A stretch of 33,339 bases of DNA from positions 1 to 33,339 of the IMG/VR virus record IMGVR_UViG_3300017956_003412; one strand, 5' to 3'. The position numbers and the translations under genes are program-made. Positions 1 through 10,000 of this stretch are shown one piece after another (the first letter of the stretch is position 1; each line of letters begins with the position of its first letter). The notes beneath the pieces were generated by a model. The model made no database searches and was not told where the DNA came from. It saw nothing but the letters and a program-made list of their open reading frames with translations. This DNA comes from a virus. Lineage: Duplodnaviria; Caudoviricetes.

Positions 1-2
1 AT

Positions 3-632
3 GTTAACTACAAAGGTTACGGTGTATACATAGAAGGATTTACTGCTAAACTTATAGCAAATGGTATTGTAGGTGGAATAAATTGGGATGAAATATTTGA
101 AGCACTTCCAGCAAATTATCTTGCAGATGTTAGTAGAATTTATTTAACTAGCATTGACGATTCAAATAACACTGTTACCGGAACAATTAGTGTAAATCCT
201 TTCGATCCAAAAGTATTACAAATTAATTGGGACACAGACAGTTTCCCATCTGATAGTATTATTACTAGTTCATTAGGTGACAGAACAAGTATAGATTATA
301 TTATAGATCCTACTAGATTCAACCCCGAAGGAGTTCGTGCTTCGGGTGTTAGACTATTGCTATTAGATGATGTAGGAAACGAAGATGCTCAAGAAGTATC
401 TAAAGCATGGCGAAACACTGACGGTTCTGGATTAATTGCTAGTGGTAATGATATTGTAGAATGGGACGGATCTAAATGGAATATTGTATTTGATGCAAGT
501 GCTACAACAGATATTACATATACAACTAATTTAAACACAGGTGTTCAATATAGGTATTCAAACGGATCTTGGTTAATGAGTGTTGAAGGTGATTATCCAG
601 TTGGCACATGGAGGATTGACCTCTACGGATAA
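3..632 (+). CDS. 5'-truncated phage protein, probably tail/neck structural (C-terminal part)
   Basis: Frame 3 is open from base 3 (VNYKGYGVYIEGF...) through the track's internal TTG at 357 to TAA at 630-632. Trp/Gly/Thr-rich end (NDIVEWDGSKWNIVFDA). Function inferred from context only. Confidence 0.6.
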   Translation, partial: VNYKGYGVYIEGFTAKLIANGIVGGINWDEIFEALPANYLADVSRIYLTSIDDSNNTVTGTISVNPFDPKVLQINWDTDSFPSDSIITSSLGDRTSIDYIIDPTRFNPEGVRASGVRLLLLDDVGNEDAQEVSKAWRNTDGSGLIASGNDIVEWDGSKWNIVFDASATTDITYTTNLNTGVQYRYSNGSWLMSVEGDYPVGTWRIDLYG

Positions 633-640
633 TTATTTGT

Positions 641-1075
641 ATGGACAATATTATTTGTAGTGGTGCTCTTTTTTATACACTAAACACTAAAAGATTTTTA
701 TTTTTATACAGAAACAACGGAAAGCGTTCAAATGTTTGGGGTCTTGTAGGAGGCACAAACGAGGGCTCTGAAACTCCCTGGGAAGGTTTACAAAGAGAAA
801 TACAAGAAGAAGTAGGACAAATTCCTACAATTGAAAAAACAATTCCACTAGAAACCTTTATAAGCACAGATCAACATTTTCAATTCCATACATATTTGTG
901 TGTAATACGTGATGAATTTATTCCTGTGCTCAATAACGAACATACAGGCTATGCATGGGCTAGTTATAGTAATTGGCCAATGCCGTTACACAAAGGCCTA
1001 CGTAACACCCTTCAAAGTAAAATAAACCGTGCTAAGTTAGAAACTGTCTTTAGCATGACAGATTTACTTGACTAA
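641..1075 (+). CDS. Nudix hydrolase
   Basis: Complete Nudix box G-x5-E-x7-REUxEExG: GTNEGSETPWEGLQREIQEEVG; downstream EH..YAW. Confidence 0.92.
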   Translation: MDNIICSGALFYTLNTKRFLFLYRNNGKRSNVWGLVGGTNEGSETPWEGLQREIQEEVGQIPTIEKTIPLETFISTDQHFQFHTYLCVIRDEFIPVLNNEHTGYAWASYSNWPMPLHKGLRNTLQSKINRAKLETVFSMTDLLD

Positions 1076-1096
1076 TAATAACTGATGTAGTATAAT
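1068..1096 (+). promoter_or_regulatory. sigma70-type promoter for the heptose operon
   Basis: TTGACT (1068-1073), 17-bp spacer, TATAAT (1091-1096). The hldE ATG starts at 1103. Confidence 0.75.
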
Positions 1097-1102
1097 AAAC
1101 TT

Positions 1103-2242
1103 ATGAAAGTCTTAGTTATTGGCGACATTATTATCGACAAATATATCACAGGAACATCAACACGGTTGAGTCCTGAGGCTCCTGTGCCTGTTGTTAGTCA
1201 GCAAGATGCTTGGGAGCAATGGGGCGGAGCATACCTTGTATATCTTAATCTATTGAACTTAGGTGTAAATGTAGAAATGTTAGATTTGTCGTCATCTAAG
1301 TGTGTTAAAACTCGTGTGCTGTGTGATGGTCATTACGTTACACGTATAGATCAAGATTATAAAACAGACGGCTCTGTTGCGCTTAATAAAATTTACGAAA
1401 AAGACTTTTCATCATATGATGTTGTAATACTAAGTGATTATAACAAAGGTGTACTAGATTATTCACAACAAATTATAGAACATATCAACAAATACAATTG
1501 TAAAATTATTGTAGATCCTAAACGTCATTTTAGTTTTTATCAAGGTGCTTGGTTAGTTAAACCTAATAAAAAAGAGTTTGAAGAACTAGGTTTTACAAAT
1601 TGGACTGGCAATATAATTATTACTGCTGCTAGTGATCCTACTATAGCACAAATAGACAGTGAATATTATACTATAGAAACAGATCCTGTAGAAGTAAATG
1701 ATGTTACAGGTGCCGGCGATTGCTTTCTTGCTGCTTTTGTTTATGGTATGAGTCAAAACAAAAGTTACGAAGAATCTATTAGATTAGCAGTCAAAGGTGC
1801 AACAGAATCAGTTAAGCATGTTGGTACGTATGTAGTTAAGCCTGAAGATTTACAGTATCGTACAATATTTACAAATGGAGTGTTTGATATACTGCACAGA
1901 GGTCATTTTACTTTATTAAAAGAAGCTCGTGCGTTAGGCGAAAAATTAGTAGTCGGTATTAACAGTGATGCTAGTACAAAACGTCTTAAAGGAGACAGTC
2001 GTCCTATAAACACAGAACAAACACGCAAAGAACAATTAGAATTGTTGTCTTGGGTAGATGAAGTTGTTGTGTTTGACGAAGATACTCCGTATGAATTAAT
2101 TAAAAAACTAAATCCTGATATGATTGTCAAAGGTGGAGATTACACTGTAGAACAAGTAGTTGGGCATGATATTGTGCCTGTAAAAATTATTCCTACAGTA
2201 AAAGGATTTAGTACAACAAGTATTATAGAGAAGAGCAAATGA
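1103..2242 (+). CDS. hldE: Bifunctional heptose-7-phosphate kinase / heptose-1-phosphate adenylyltransferase (HldE/RfaE-like)
   Basis: Kinase motifs VIGDIIIDKY, RLSPEAPVPV, ILSDYNKG, VDPK, KPN, DVTGAGD. Nucleotidyltransferase motifs FTNGVFDILHRGH, KRLKGDSRPIN, VKGGDY, GFSTT. Confidence 0.93.
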   Translation: MKVLVIGDIIIDKYITGTSTRLSPEAPVPVVSQQDAWEQWGGAYLVYLNLLNLGVNVEMLDLSSSKCVKTRVLCDGHYVTRIDQDYKTDGSVALNKIYEKDFSSYDVVILSDYNKGVLDYSQQIIEHINKYNCKIIVDPKRHFSFYQGAWLVKPNKKEFEELGFTNWTGNIIITAASDPTIAQIDSEYYTIETDPVEVNDVTGAGDCFLAAFVYGMSQNKSYEESIRLAVKGATESVKHVGTYVVKPEDLQYRTIFTNGVFDILHRGHFTLLKEARALGEKLVVGINSDASTKRLKGDSRPINTEQTRKEQLELLSWVDEVVVFDEDTPYELIKKLNPDMIVKGGDYTVEQVVGHDIVPVKIIPTVKGFSTTSIIEKSK

Positions 2243-3060
2243 GAATATTAGTTACAGGATATAAAGGATTTATAGGTGCAAATGTTGCACAATATTTGCA
2301 ATCACAAGGACATGAAGTAGAAGGATGGGATTACATGCCTAATGCTATACCCGATCCTGACGGGTATGATTGGGTAATACATTTAGGTGCAATAACCTCC
2401 ACTACAGAAACAGATGTTGAAAAAGTATTAGAACAAAACTTTGAATTTAGTCTTAGACTTGTACAAGCATGTGCGCATTTTGGTGTAAATTTTCAATATG
2501 CATCTAGTGCAAGTGTATATGGTCCTACAACACATTTTACAGAAAGTGGCCCACTATTGCCTAAATCTCCGTATGCTTGGAGCAAATATTTGTTTGATAG
2601 ATTTGTTAACCAAACTAAAGATGAATTTAATATTTTGATACAAGGATTTAGATATTTTAATGTTTACGGACAAGGCGAAGAACACAAAGGTGATCAAGCA
2701 TCTCCAGTAACTAAGTTTACAAAACAAGCGCAAAAACAAGGCGTTATTGAACTATTTAGAGATAGCGATAGATATTTGAGAGATTTTGTTTGTGTAGATG
2801 ATGTAGCTAAAGTACATGAAAAAATGTTAGGCATTGATGAATCAGGTATTTGGAATGTAGGTACAGGTAGAGCAGTAAGTTTTGATACTGTTGCTAATTC
2901 TATTAGTAAAAAATACGGCGCAGCAATAAACATTATTGAAATTCCTGAAAATTTAAAAGGACAATATCAAGAATACACATGTGCTAATCTTGAAAAACTA
3001 AATTCTACTATAGATATGGATTGGATTAAAATAGAGGATTATATAGATGGAGCCAACTAG
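2239..3060 (+). CDS. hldD: ADP-L-glycero-D-manno-heptose 6-epimerase (extended SDR)
   Basis: TGxxGFIG, HLGAITSTTE, YASSASVYG, YAWSK and FRYFNVYGQGEEHKGDQAS (compare HldD FRYFNVYGPREGHKGSMAS). ATGA overlap with hldE. Confidence 0.88.
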   Translation: MRILVTGYKGFIGANVAQYLQSQGHEVEGWDYMPNAIPDPDGYDWVIHLGAITSTTETDVEKVLEQNFEFSLRLVQACAHFGVNFQYASSASVYGPTTHFTESGPLLPKSPYAWSKYLFDRFVNQTKDEFNILIQGFRYFNVYGQGEEHKGDQASPVTKFTKQAQKQGVIELFRDSDRYLRDFVCVDDVAKVHEKMLGIDESGIWNVGTGRAVSFDTVANSISKKYGAAINIIEIPENLKGQYQEYTCANLEKLNSTIDMDWIKIEDYIDGAN

Positions 3061-3463
3061 GTTACAAGGTTTAGTTAAAAAAGGCTGGGGATACGAAATT
3101 ATCTGGGCTACTACTGAAAAGTATTGTGGTAAACTTTTAGTCTTCGAAAAGGCAGGCGCTAAGTTTAGTATGCACTTTCACAGAGAAAAAGACGAAACAT
3201 GGTTTGTAAACACCGGACGTTTTCTTGTTAGATGGATTGATACAGAAACTGCAAAATTTAATGAGAGAGAATTAAAAGAAGGAGACACTTGGCATAATCC
3301 TCCATTACAACCTCATCAACTAATTGCAATTGTAGGTAATTCTAGTATTACTGAAGTAAGTACACCAGACAGTGTAGAAGATAATTATCGAATTGCTCCT
3401 GGTGATAGTCAAAAGGAAGATAATGGGCAGATTCAAGGCACAGTCTCTCAATCAAACGTATAA
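3047..3463 (+). CDS. Cupin-fold protein, sugar isomerase-like (mannose-6-P isomerase / D-lyxose isomerase type)
   Basis: KGWGYE start, cupin motif 1 SMHFHREKDETW, motif 2 GDTWHNPPLQPHQL, and EVSTPD. Overlaps both neighbours. Confidence 0.8.
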   Translation: MEPTRLQGLVKKGWGYEIIWATTEKYCGKLLVFEKAGAKFSMHFHREKDETWFVNTGRFLVRWIDTETAKFNERELKEGDTWHNPPLQPHQLIAIVGNSSITEVSTPDSVEDNYRIAPGDSQKEDNGQIQGTVSQSNV

Positions 3464-4013
3464 TAAATGTGTGGTTGGATTAGACAGAGATGGTGTACTT
3501 AATCAAGATTTAGGTACATATGTTACTGATCCTAAAGACTTATTACCAATTGAAAAAAGTTTAGAAGCAGTTGCACTCATACGATCTAAAGGACATAAGA
3601 TTGTAATTATTACCAATCAAGGCGGTATACAAAAAGGTGTTCTTACAGAACAACAAGTAAATTCTGTAAATCAACGTTTAATGGAATTACTAGGACAAGC
3701 AGGATGTCCTAGTATAGAAGGATTATATTATAGTTCATCGAGCTTGCGGCACGATTTATATGCAAAACCTAATACAGGAATGTTTGAACGTGCAGAAAAC
3801 GAAATACCCGGTATTAAATTTTCATCTGGATTTTATGTAGGTGACAAACTATCAGATTTGAAAGCTGCTTACAAAATAGGTGCAAAGCCTATTTTAGTTA
3901 GAACTGGACACGGAGTTGAGACAGAGCAACTTTTAAAAAAGTTTACTAATCAAAAGATTGCTAAACGTACAAAGATATATGACAATCTTTGGCAGTTTGC
4001 ACAAGCCCTTTAG
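3423..4013 (+). CDS. gmhB: D,D-heptose 1,7-bisphosphate phosphatase (HAD family IIIA)
   Basis: LDRDGVLN, ITNQGGI, KPNTGMF, VGDKLSD, LVRTGHG. ATG at 3423 follows AAGGAAG and is preferred to the track's TTG at 3393. Confidence 0.88.
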   Translation: MGRFKAQSLNQTYNKCVVGLDRDGVLNQDLGTYVTDPKDLLPIEKSLEAVALIRSKGHKIVIITNQGGIQKGVLTEQQVNSVNQRLMELLGQAGCPSIEGLYYSSSSLRHDLYAKPNTGMFERAENEIPGIKFSSGFYVGDKLSDLKAAYKIGAKPILVRTGHGVETEQLLKKFTNQKIAKRTKIYDNLWQFAQAL

Positions 4014-7000
4014 GCTTGTGCTTCACCCCATTTAAGAACTAAGTTACCAGTAGTTGATGAACCTGTTGGTTTGTATATGTTAATTGCAAGAACATCAGGA
4101 CCATTTGGGAATGTACCTCTACCACCTAATGGCGTATTAGTTAACTCTTTCAATTCTGAGAAGTCAATTTGAGAACGCTCTCCAGGAACAGCAACGAATG
4201 AGAAAATAGTTTCTCCAGGCTGTGCATACGGAGGTTGTACAAATTCAAATCCTACTGTGCCTGAGCCTTGTGTAAGTGTTCCACTATAGGTGTTGTTAAA
4301 TGTAATTCTATAATAACTTAAACTACCGTGTGTGTATGTTGCAAGATTTGAAACAAGTGTACCAGCTGGGAATGAAACAGAACCTCCGCTTGTTACTGAA
4401 GTACCATTAGTAACTCCTGCTGCATCTACACTAGTAGCAGTAAATTCACCATAGTTTCTGTTTGTTAATGTTTCGCCTACAGTAAATCTAACAGTGCCGC
4501 CTTCTCGAATATATCCGCTGTACGTAGTACTTGTTCTAATTCTATAGTAATCTTTTCGTTCTTCAACGCTTATTACTGTGGCATATATAGAATTAGTTGT
4601 GCCAAAGCCTCCGGCGGTATTAGTAACTGAAACATGAGAACCTATAGCTACTGGACCAGTAGATGCATACTGACTTTTTGATATTCTAATTTCATTGCCG
4701 TAGTAAACATATCTATCATACACTGTTAAATCTACATTTGTAGTTGGAATTGCAGTAGCAGTTGCAGTTACAGCAGCTTGCCCTGTACTCCATACAACAG
4801 AACCACCTGCGGCAACTTGAGCAAAGCTAGGCTGTCCACCTTGTGCTAGTGAACTAAGTCCCGACCAACCAACGTCACTTGGATTGAGAGGATAGTTTTG
4901 CGGGTTAAGAATACCTTCAACAACAATACCACCATTAATTGGATTATTTGAACCATCGTAACCATCTGATGTAACTTCAAGTCCTTGTAGTAGCAACTGC
5001 GCACGATTTAGTAGTTCACGTTCGCCTAAGTCTCCAATAACAGCATTTGAAACACTAGGTGCTAGTCGTATCATGAATGCTGTTTGTCTTGTTTGTGTAA
5101 TTTCAATGTTTGGTTCGTTGTATGAGAAAATATAACCGCGGTCTTCATCAAATCCACCATCTGTTAGGAACGCACTACCCCAGTGACTAATTAGCGGAGT
5201 AATTGTACTACTAATTAAAATAACACCTGTTTTTGCAGTGTGTGGACTTGCTGCTCCTGCAAAATAAGTACGTTCAGCACCAGCTTGGAAGTTTGTCAAA
5301 CTGCTTCCTCTACTTAAACCAGTAAGTGTATTTCCTGAACGTCCAGTAAATCTCATAATTTCGTTGTCAACATATATTGTACCATATGTTGGGAAGAAAC
5401 TTCCGTCAACAAGTTCTAGTGTTGTTTGCGAGTTATCAATACCTACTGCAAGTTTGCCTGGAGGTCCTTCGTTTGTTACTTCATAACGCACAGGCAAGTT
5501 ACCTGAACGCATAAACGCTTCTGTGTTAATGTTTGAGTTACGCATTCTATGACAGAATACGAAGTTACCATCACTACCACGTAGCATATAATCAATAAAG
5601 CCAGCACCATACCAACTAAATTGAATACCGATCATTTGCATTTTAGCAATGTCAATGTCGTATCCGCTTGGACCGTTACCGTCTAGTGTATCTAAATTAA
5701 AATCTTCTTGTTTAACTTTTTTATCTACAACTAAGTTTATTTTAGCACCAGAAATGTTGTTAACTCCTCTAAAGTCAGGAGCAACAGTCATTGTAGATTG
5801 ACTATCAACGTGTGTTACAACATGTGTCATACCTCTAATAATAATTCTATCGCCTGCTGTTAATTGATCTCTAAATCGTGTATTTGTCCCTGTTACTAGG
5901 TTACTATCACTATCGATTGCAATTGTTCCGGCTATTTGCTGTGTACCTGTACGCTGTACAACACTTATGTTTGTACCATCAAACTCCCAAAAAATACCGT
6001 TTTGGTCATCAAAAATGCCTGATCGAACAGTAGCACCGTGCCAGTTAACAACACTCATTTGAGAACCAAAGCCAATATCTGCTTCTTGAATATATGCTCC
6101 AACGATGTCTTCAATTGCTCCGGTATTTCTTCTAGATTTTGCTTCAGCAAACATTAATGCTATACGATCTGTAATTGCTTGTGAAGAACCATTACCGCTG
6201 TTTAGATAATTTTGTACTTCGGTTATATCATCAATTGTAAAAGAACCACTTTGATTTACATCTCCCCAAACATATCCGTCTTGCGCAGTTTCTTGGAAGA
6301 AAGCATGAAAATCATTTGTATTATCGCCTGCTTGTGCTTCTTGCATTGCAACAATAAACGGACAAGTTGACGGAGTAGGTGTAAGAACAAGTTCTGTTGT
6401 ATCTCCTAAGCGCCTTTGAGCCTGTATTCTAAATGTTCTTTCATCGATAACTTCTGATACAGCGTAATCAAACCACGGTGGAGTGCTATTACCTTTGCCG
6501 CTATTATAACCTGGAGTTTCAATACCTAATAAACGGATGATTCCGCCTGCTTGTACACCGTGATCGTTATCATCCGTAGTAACTGTAATTACACTGCCAA
6601 CTTCAGTACCATCTGCTGTTACACTACGCAAATCATAACTTGGTGCAAATAGGGCACCAGTTGTATACATAATACCTTTACCTGATTGGTAACGAATATA
6701 CTTTTTACTTTGACGTATTGCTTGCGCACCATGTTGTGGACCGCCTGTACCTAGTTGCACACCTCCATCAAATGGTCTGTGAACAAAGAAGCTGTCAGGT
6801 CTTGCATAAATTGTTCCTGAAATATCTTCAGTAGCTGTACTAATTGTTCCAGCAGCTCTTGCGTTATAGCGTAAACTTGATGTTGTTGGTACACTTAATG
6901 CCAAGAAAGCACCATCAGCTAAATTGTGATTATTTGTCCCTGTATCTGATCTTGTTGCAACAATAAATGTGTCTCCTGGAACAAGTCCGTGTGCATTTGG

Positions 7001-10000
7001 AAATACAGCTTCTAAAGTTGCTAACGCACTAAATGTAATAGTGTCGTTGACAGGAATAATAGCTGTTGTATTTTCTGTCATTGTAAATGTTGAATACAAT
7101 GGTATTTGTGTTCCTGGTTCTGCACCATCAAACGAAGTTGTAAATGTTGTCAATGCATTGCTGTTTGAAGGATCTACTCCTGTAACTTCGATAATAATAT
7201 CATGTTCAGGTGTAGCACCGTCTAAGTCACTACCTAGTATTTTTAGTTTATCGCCAATTTCGTAATTTGAGCCTGTATCAATATCTCCAATGTCGGTATA
7301 GGTGCCGCCGGTTCTAGAAATATCAAATGTTGCTCCAGAGCCGTCTTTGTTGACATTAATAGGTTCTACATCAACATAAGATTCAGTACCATTACTTGCA
7401 GTACCAGTTGCTGTAAATGTTTGTATTGTGCCAGTAGCGTTAATTGAATTAATTGTTATTGTTATATCATTAGTTGGTGTAGTACCTTGTAATATATTAC
7501 CTCTTATTTTTAATTCTTGATCTGGGTAATAATTAAGTCCACCAGCGTTTAGTGTTACAGTGTATACACCGCCTGCCATTGCTACATCAAATAATGCACC
7601 TGACCCTACAACAACATTACCATCAGCAGCATCATATGAACCTGAATTCACTGCGATACCAGTAACACTTGTTGCTGTAATTTCGCCACTTGCGCCGATA
7701 TTATCAACGTTAATATCTAAGTCGTTAGTAGGACTTGCACCACCTAGGTCTGTACCTAATACTGTAATAGTATCATTAATAGCAAAGTTTGTGCCACCGT
7801 TTGTTACAATTACACTATAAACAGTTCCAACTCTTCTAACATCAATAACTGCGCCGCCGCCGCTGACACTGTTTGTAGTATATGGAACTAGCGGATATAT
7901 TTCATCAACGTCTGCCGGAGTTCCGCCTTCAACTGTAACTGTAGCAATATTTCCAGGTTCAGAGTTAGGGCCCGGTTCAATTCCTGTAACTTTAACTGTT
8001 AAATCATTTGTTCCTGCTACACCGCCTAGTTGATTTCCTGGAATTATAATTCTATCATTTACAACAAACCCCTGCGAAATATCTGCTGCAGGTGGTGTTG
8101 CTGCTGTGTATGCGCCATTAGTTACTGTAACATCAAATCTAGCATCAATACCATTACCAAATTGAGGCTGTGAAACAACACCAGTATATGTTGCTGTTCC
8201 GTTAACAGCAGTTCCTGATGGTGTAATGCTAGTAACACCGCCATTAGCATTTACTCCAGATACGGTGCCAATAAAGTCATTAGTTACATCAACGCCGCCT
8301 AGATCAGAACCGTTAACTCTAATTTGATCGTTTACTTCAAATCCTAAACCTGCAAGTTGTATGGAACCAATAGTATAAGAACCCCCAGAGCGATTAATTG
8401 TTAAAATCAATCCAACACCTGATGGTTGTATTATGTTTGCAGTTACGTTTGCATATGTGCGACTGTTTGAAACAACATTTTGTTGTAATTGTCCACTTAA
8501 ATTAATAGTACTACCTATAACAGTGTCGATGAATACTGCTTGTCCGTCGCCGCGATCAAGAGCAAGGTTTTCTTCTACTCCAGTTGCATCAAACAATGTA
8601 AGTGATGTATCGCCTGCTGAAGCATTTGTTCCAATATTTAGTGTTAAGTATTCGCCACCACCTGCACTATTAGAAATTACGTTAGTTACCTGAGAACCTG
8701 TAGGTATTAATGCGTTTGTTAATGGTGAGCCAATTTCTGGAGCATTACCGTCAAAAGGTACTGTGTTTGACCCTGATGGAACTTGTAATTGTGTTACCAT
8801 TGTTCCTGCGGAACCATTACTTACAACAGTAAATTCTGCCCCTTCAATACCTGCACCAGTATAAAATCCGCCTTCTCTTAATTGTGTGTATCCAGCTGCT
8901 AATTCTTCTCCGCTAGTAGTTCCAACTTTTGATTTTGCATAAAACTGGAAACTTTTATTATCCGGAACATTAATAATAACAAACGATCCTTCTGCTCTAG
9001 CAGAACCTGAAACACTAGTTTCTAACGCTTTGATAGTAATTGGAGTTCCAACACTAAAACTATGTGCGCCAACAGTTGTTACTGTTATTAAACTTGCACC
9101 AACACCATTAGTTCCTGTAGAAGCATCAGTTGTAACACTAAGTACTTCTGTATCAGTACCTGGTATTTCGTAGATACTTGGATACCCACGCATCATACCA
9201 ATTGCACTCCATTTAGTAGGTTGCAACCCGTATTCAAAGTCAGCGTCAAGCATACTTAAAGGTGCTGCCATTCTATGACGTTCGATAGCATCAGTACCAA
9301 AATCGTATGGTCTTACAATTACTTGACTTTTTCCGTTTTCTGTTTTTTCAACAAAAATTTGTATACTATCAGTTTCGCTATGTGAGCTTGTATCAAAAGT
9401 TAGATATATTTTAGTTGTACCGTCAGTAGTTTGAAGGTATGATACAAAATCTTCATCAGCACCGTAGTCGTGTATTTCTCCTAATCCACCTGCGTCAATG
9501 TCACTAAAGTTAAAAAGTATATCATTAGTAGTTACGTTTGTGATTAGTAATAGTTCGTTTAGATCGTACTTTCCTTGTATTTTTACATATCCTACAGTGT
9601 TTTCTTCTATAGTTCCAAATGCACTTATTCCGTTTGTAATTACAGCAATTGTTTGATTTACAAGTGTTTGCAATTTAGTTGCTGCCGCAGTTTCGGCTGT
9701 TTTTGTAGTATCAATAACTTGTGAAACTGCACCTAATGCAGAATATGCAGTATTAGTTAAAATATAATCATCTATTAATTCACCAATAAATGCATGTGTG
9801 TCAATTTCAGGTAATCTGTTACCGTCAACTTGAGCAACACCGTTATCCCAATAATATTTTACAGTGTTGTATAATTTATAATTTCCATCATAACGTAAGT
9901 CATTTAAATATGCATCAATTACATATCCAACATCTCTTTCGCATTTTGCTTGATTATAGGTATAATTTTCGTCCCATGTTACGTCATCAATTATAGAATT

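Noticed and set aside
1103-4013. Bacterial chromosomal LPS-core locus
   Set aside because: The genes are shortened and flanked by virion-type genes and T4-late-like motifs; no other waa/lpx/kds or housekeeping genes are present.
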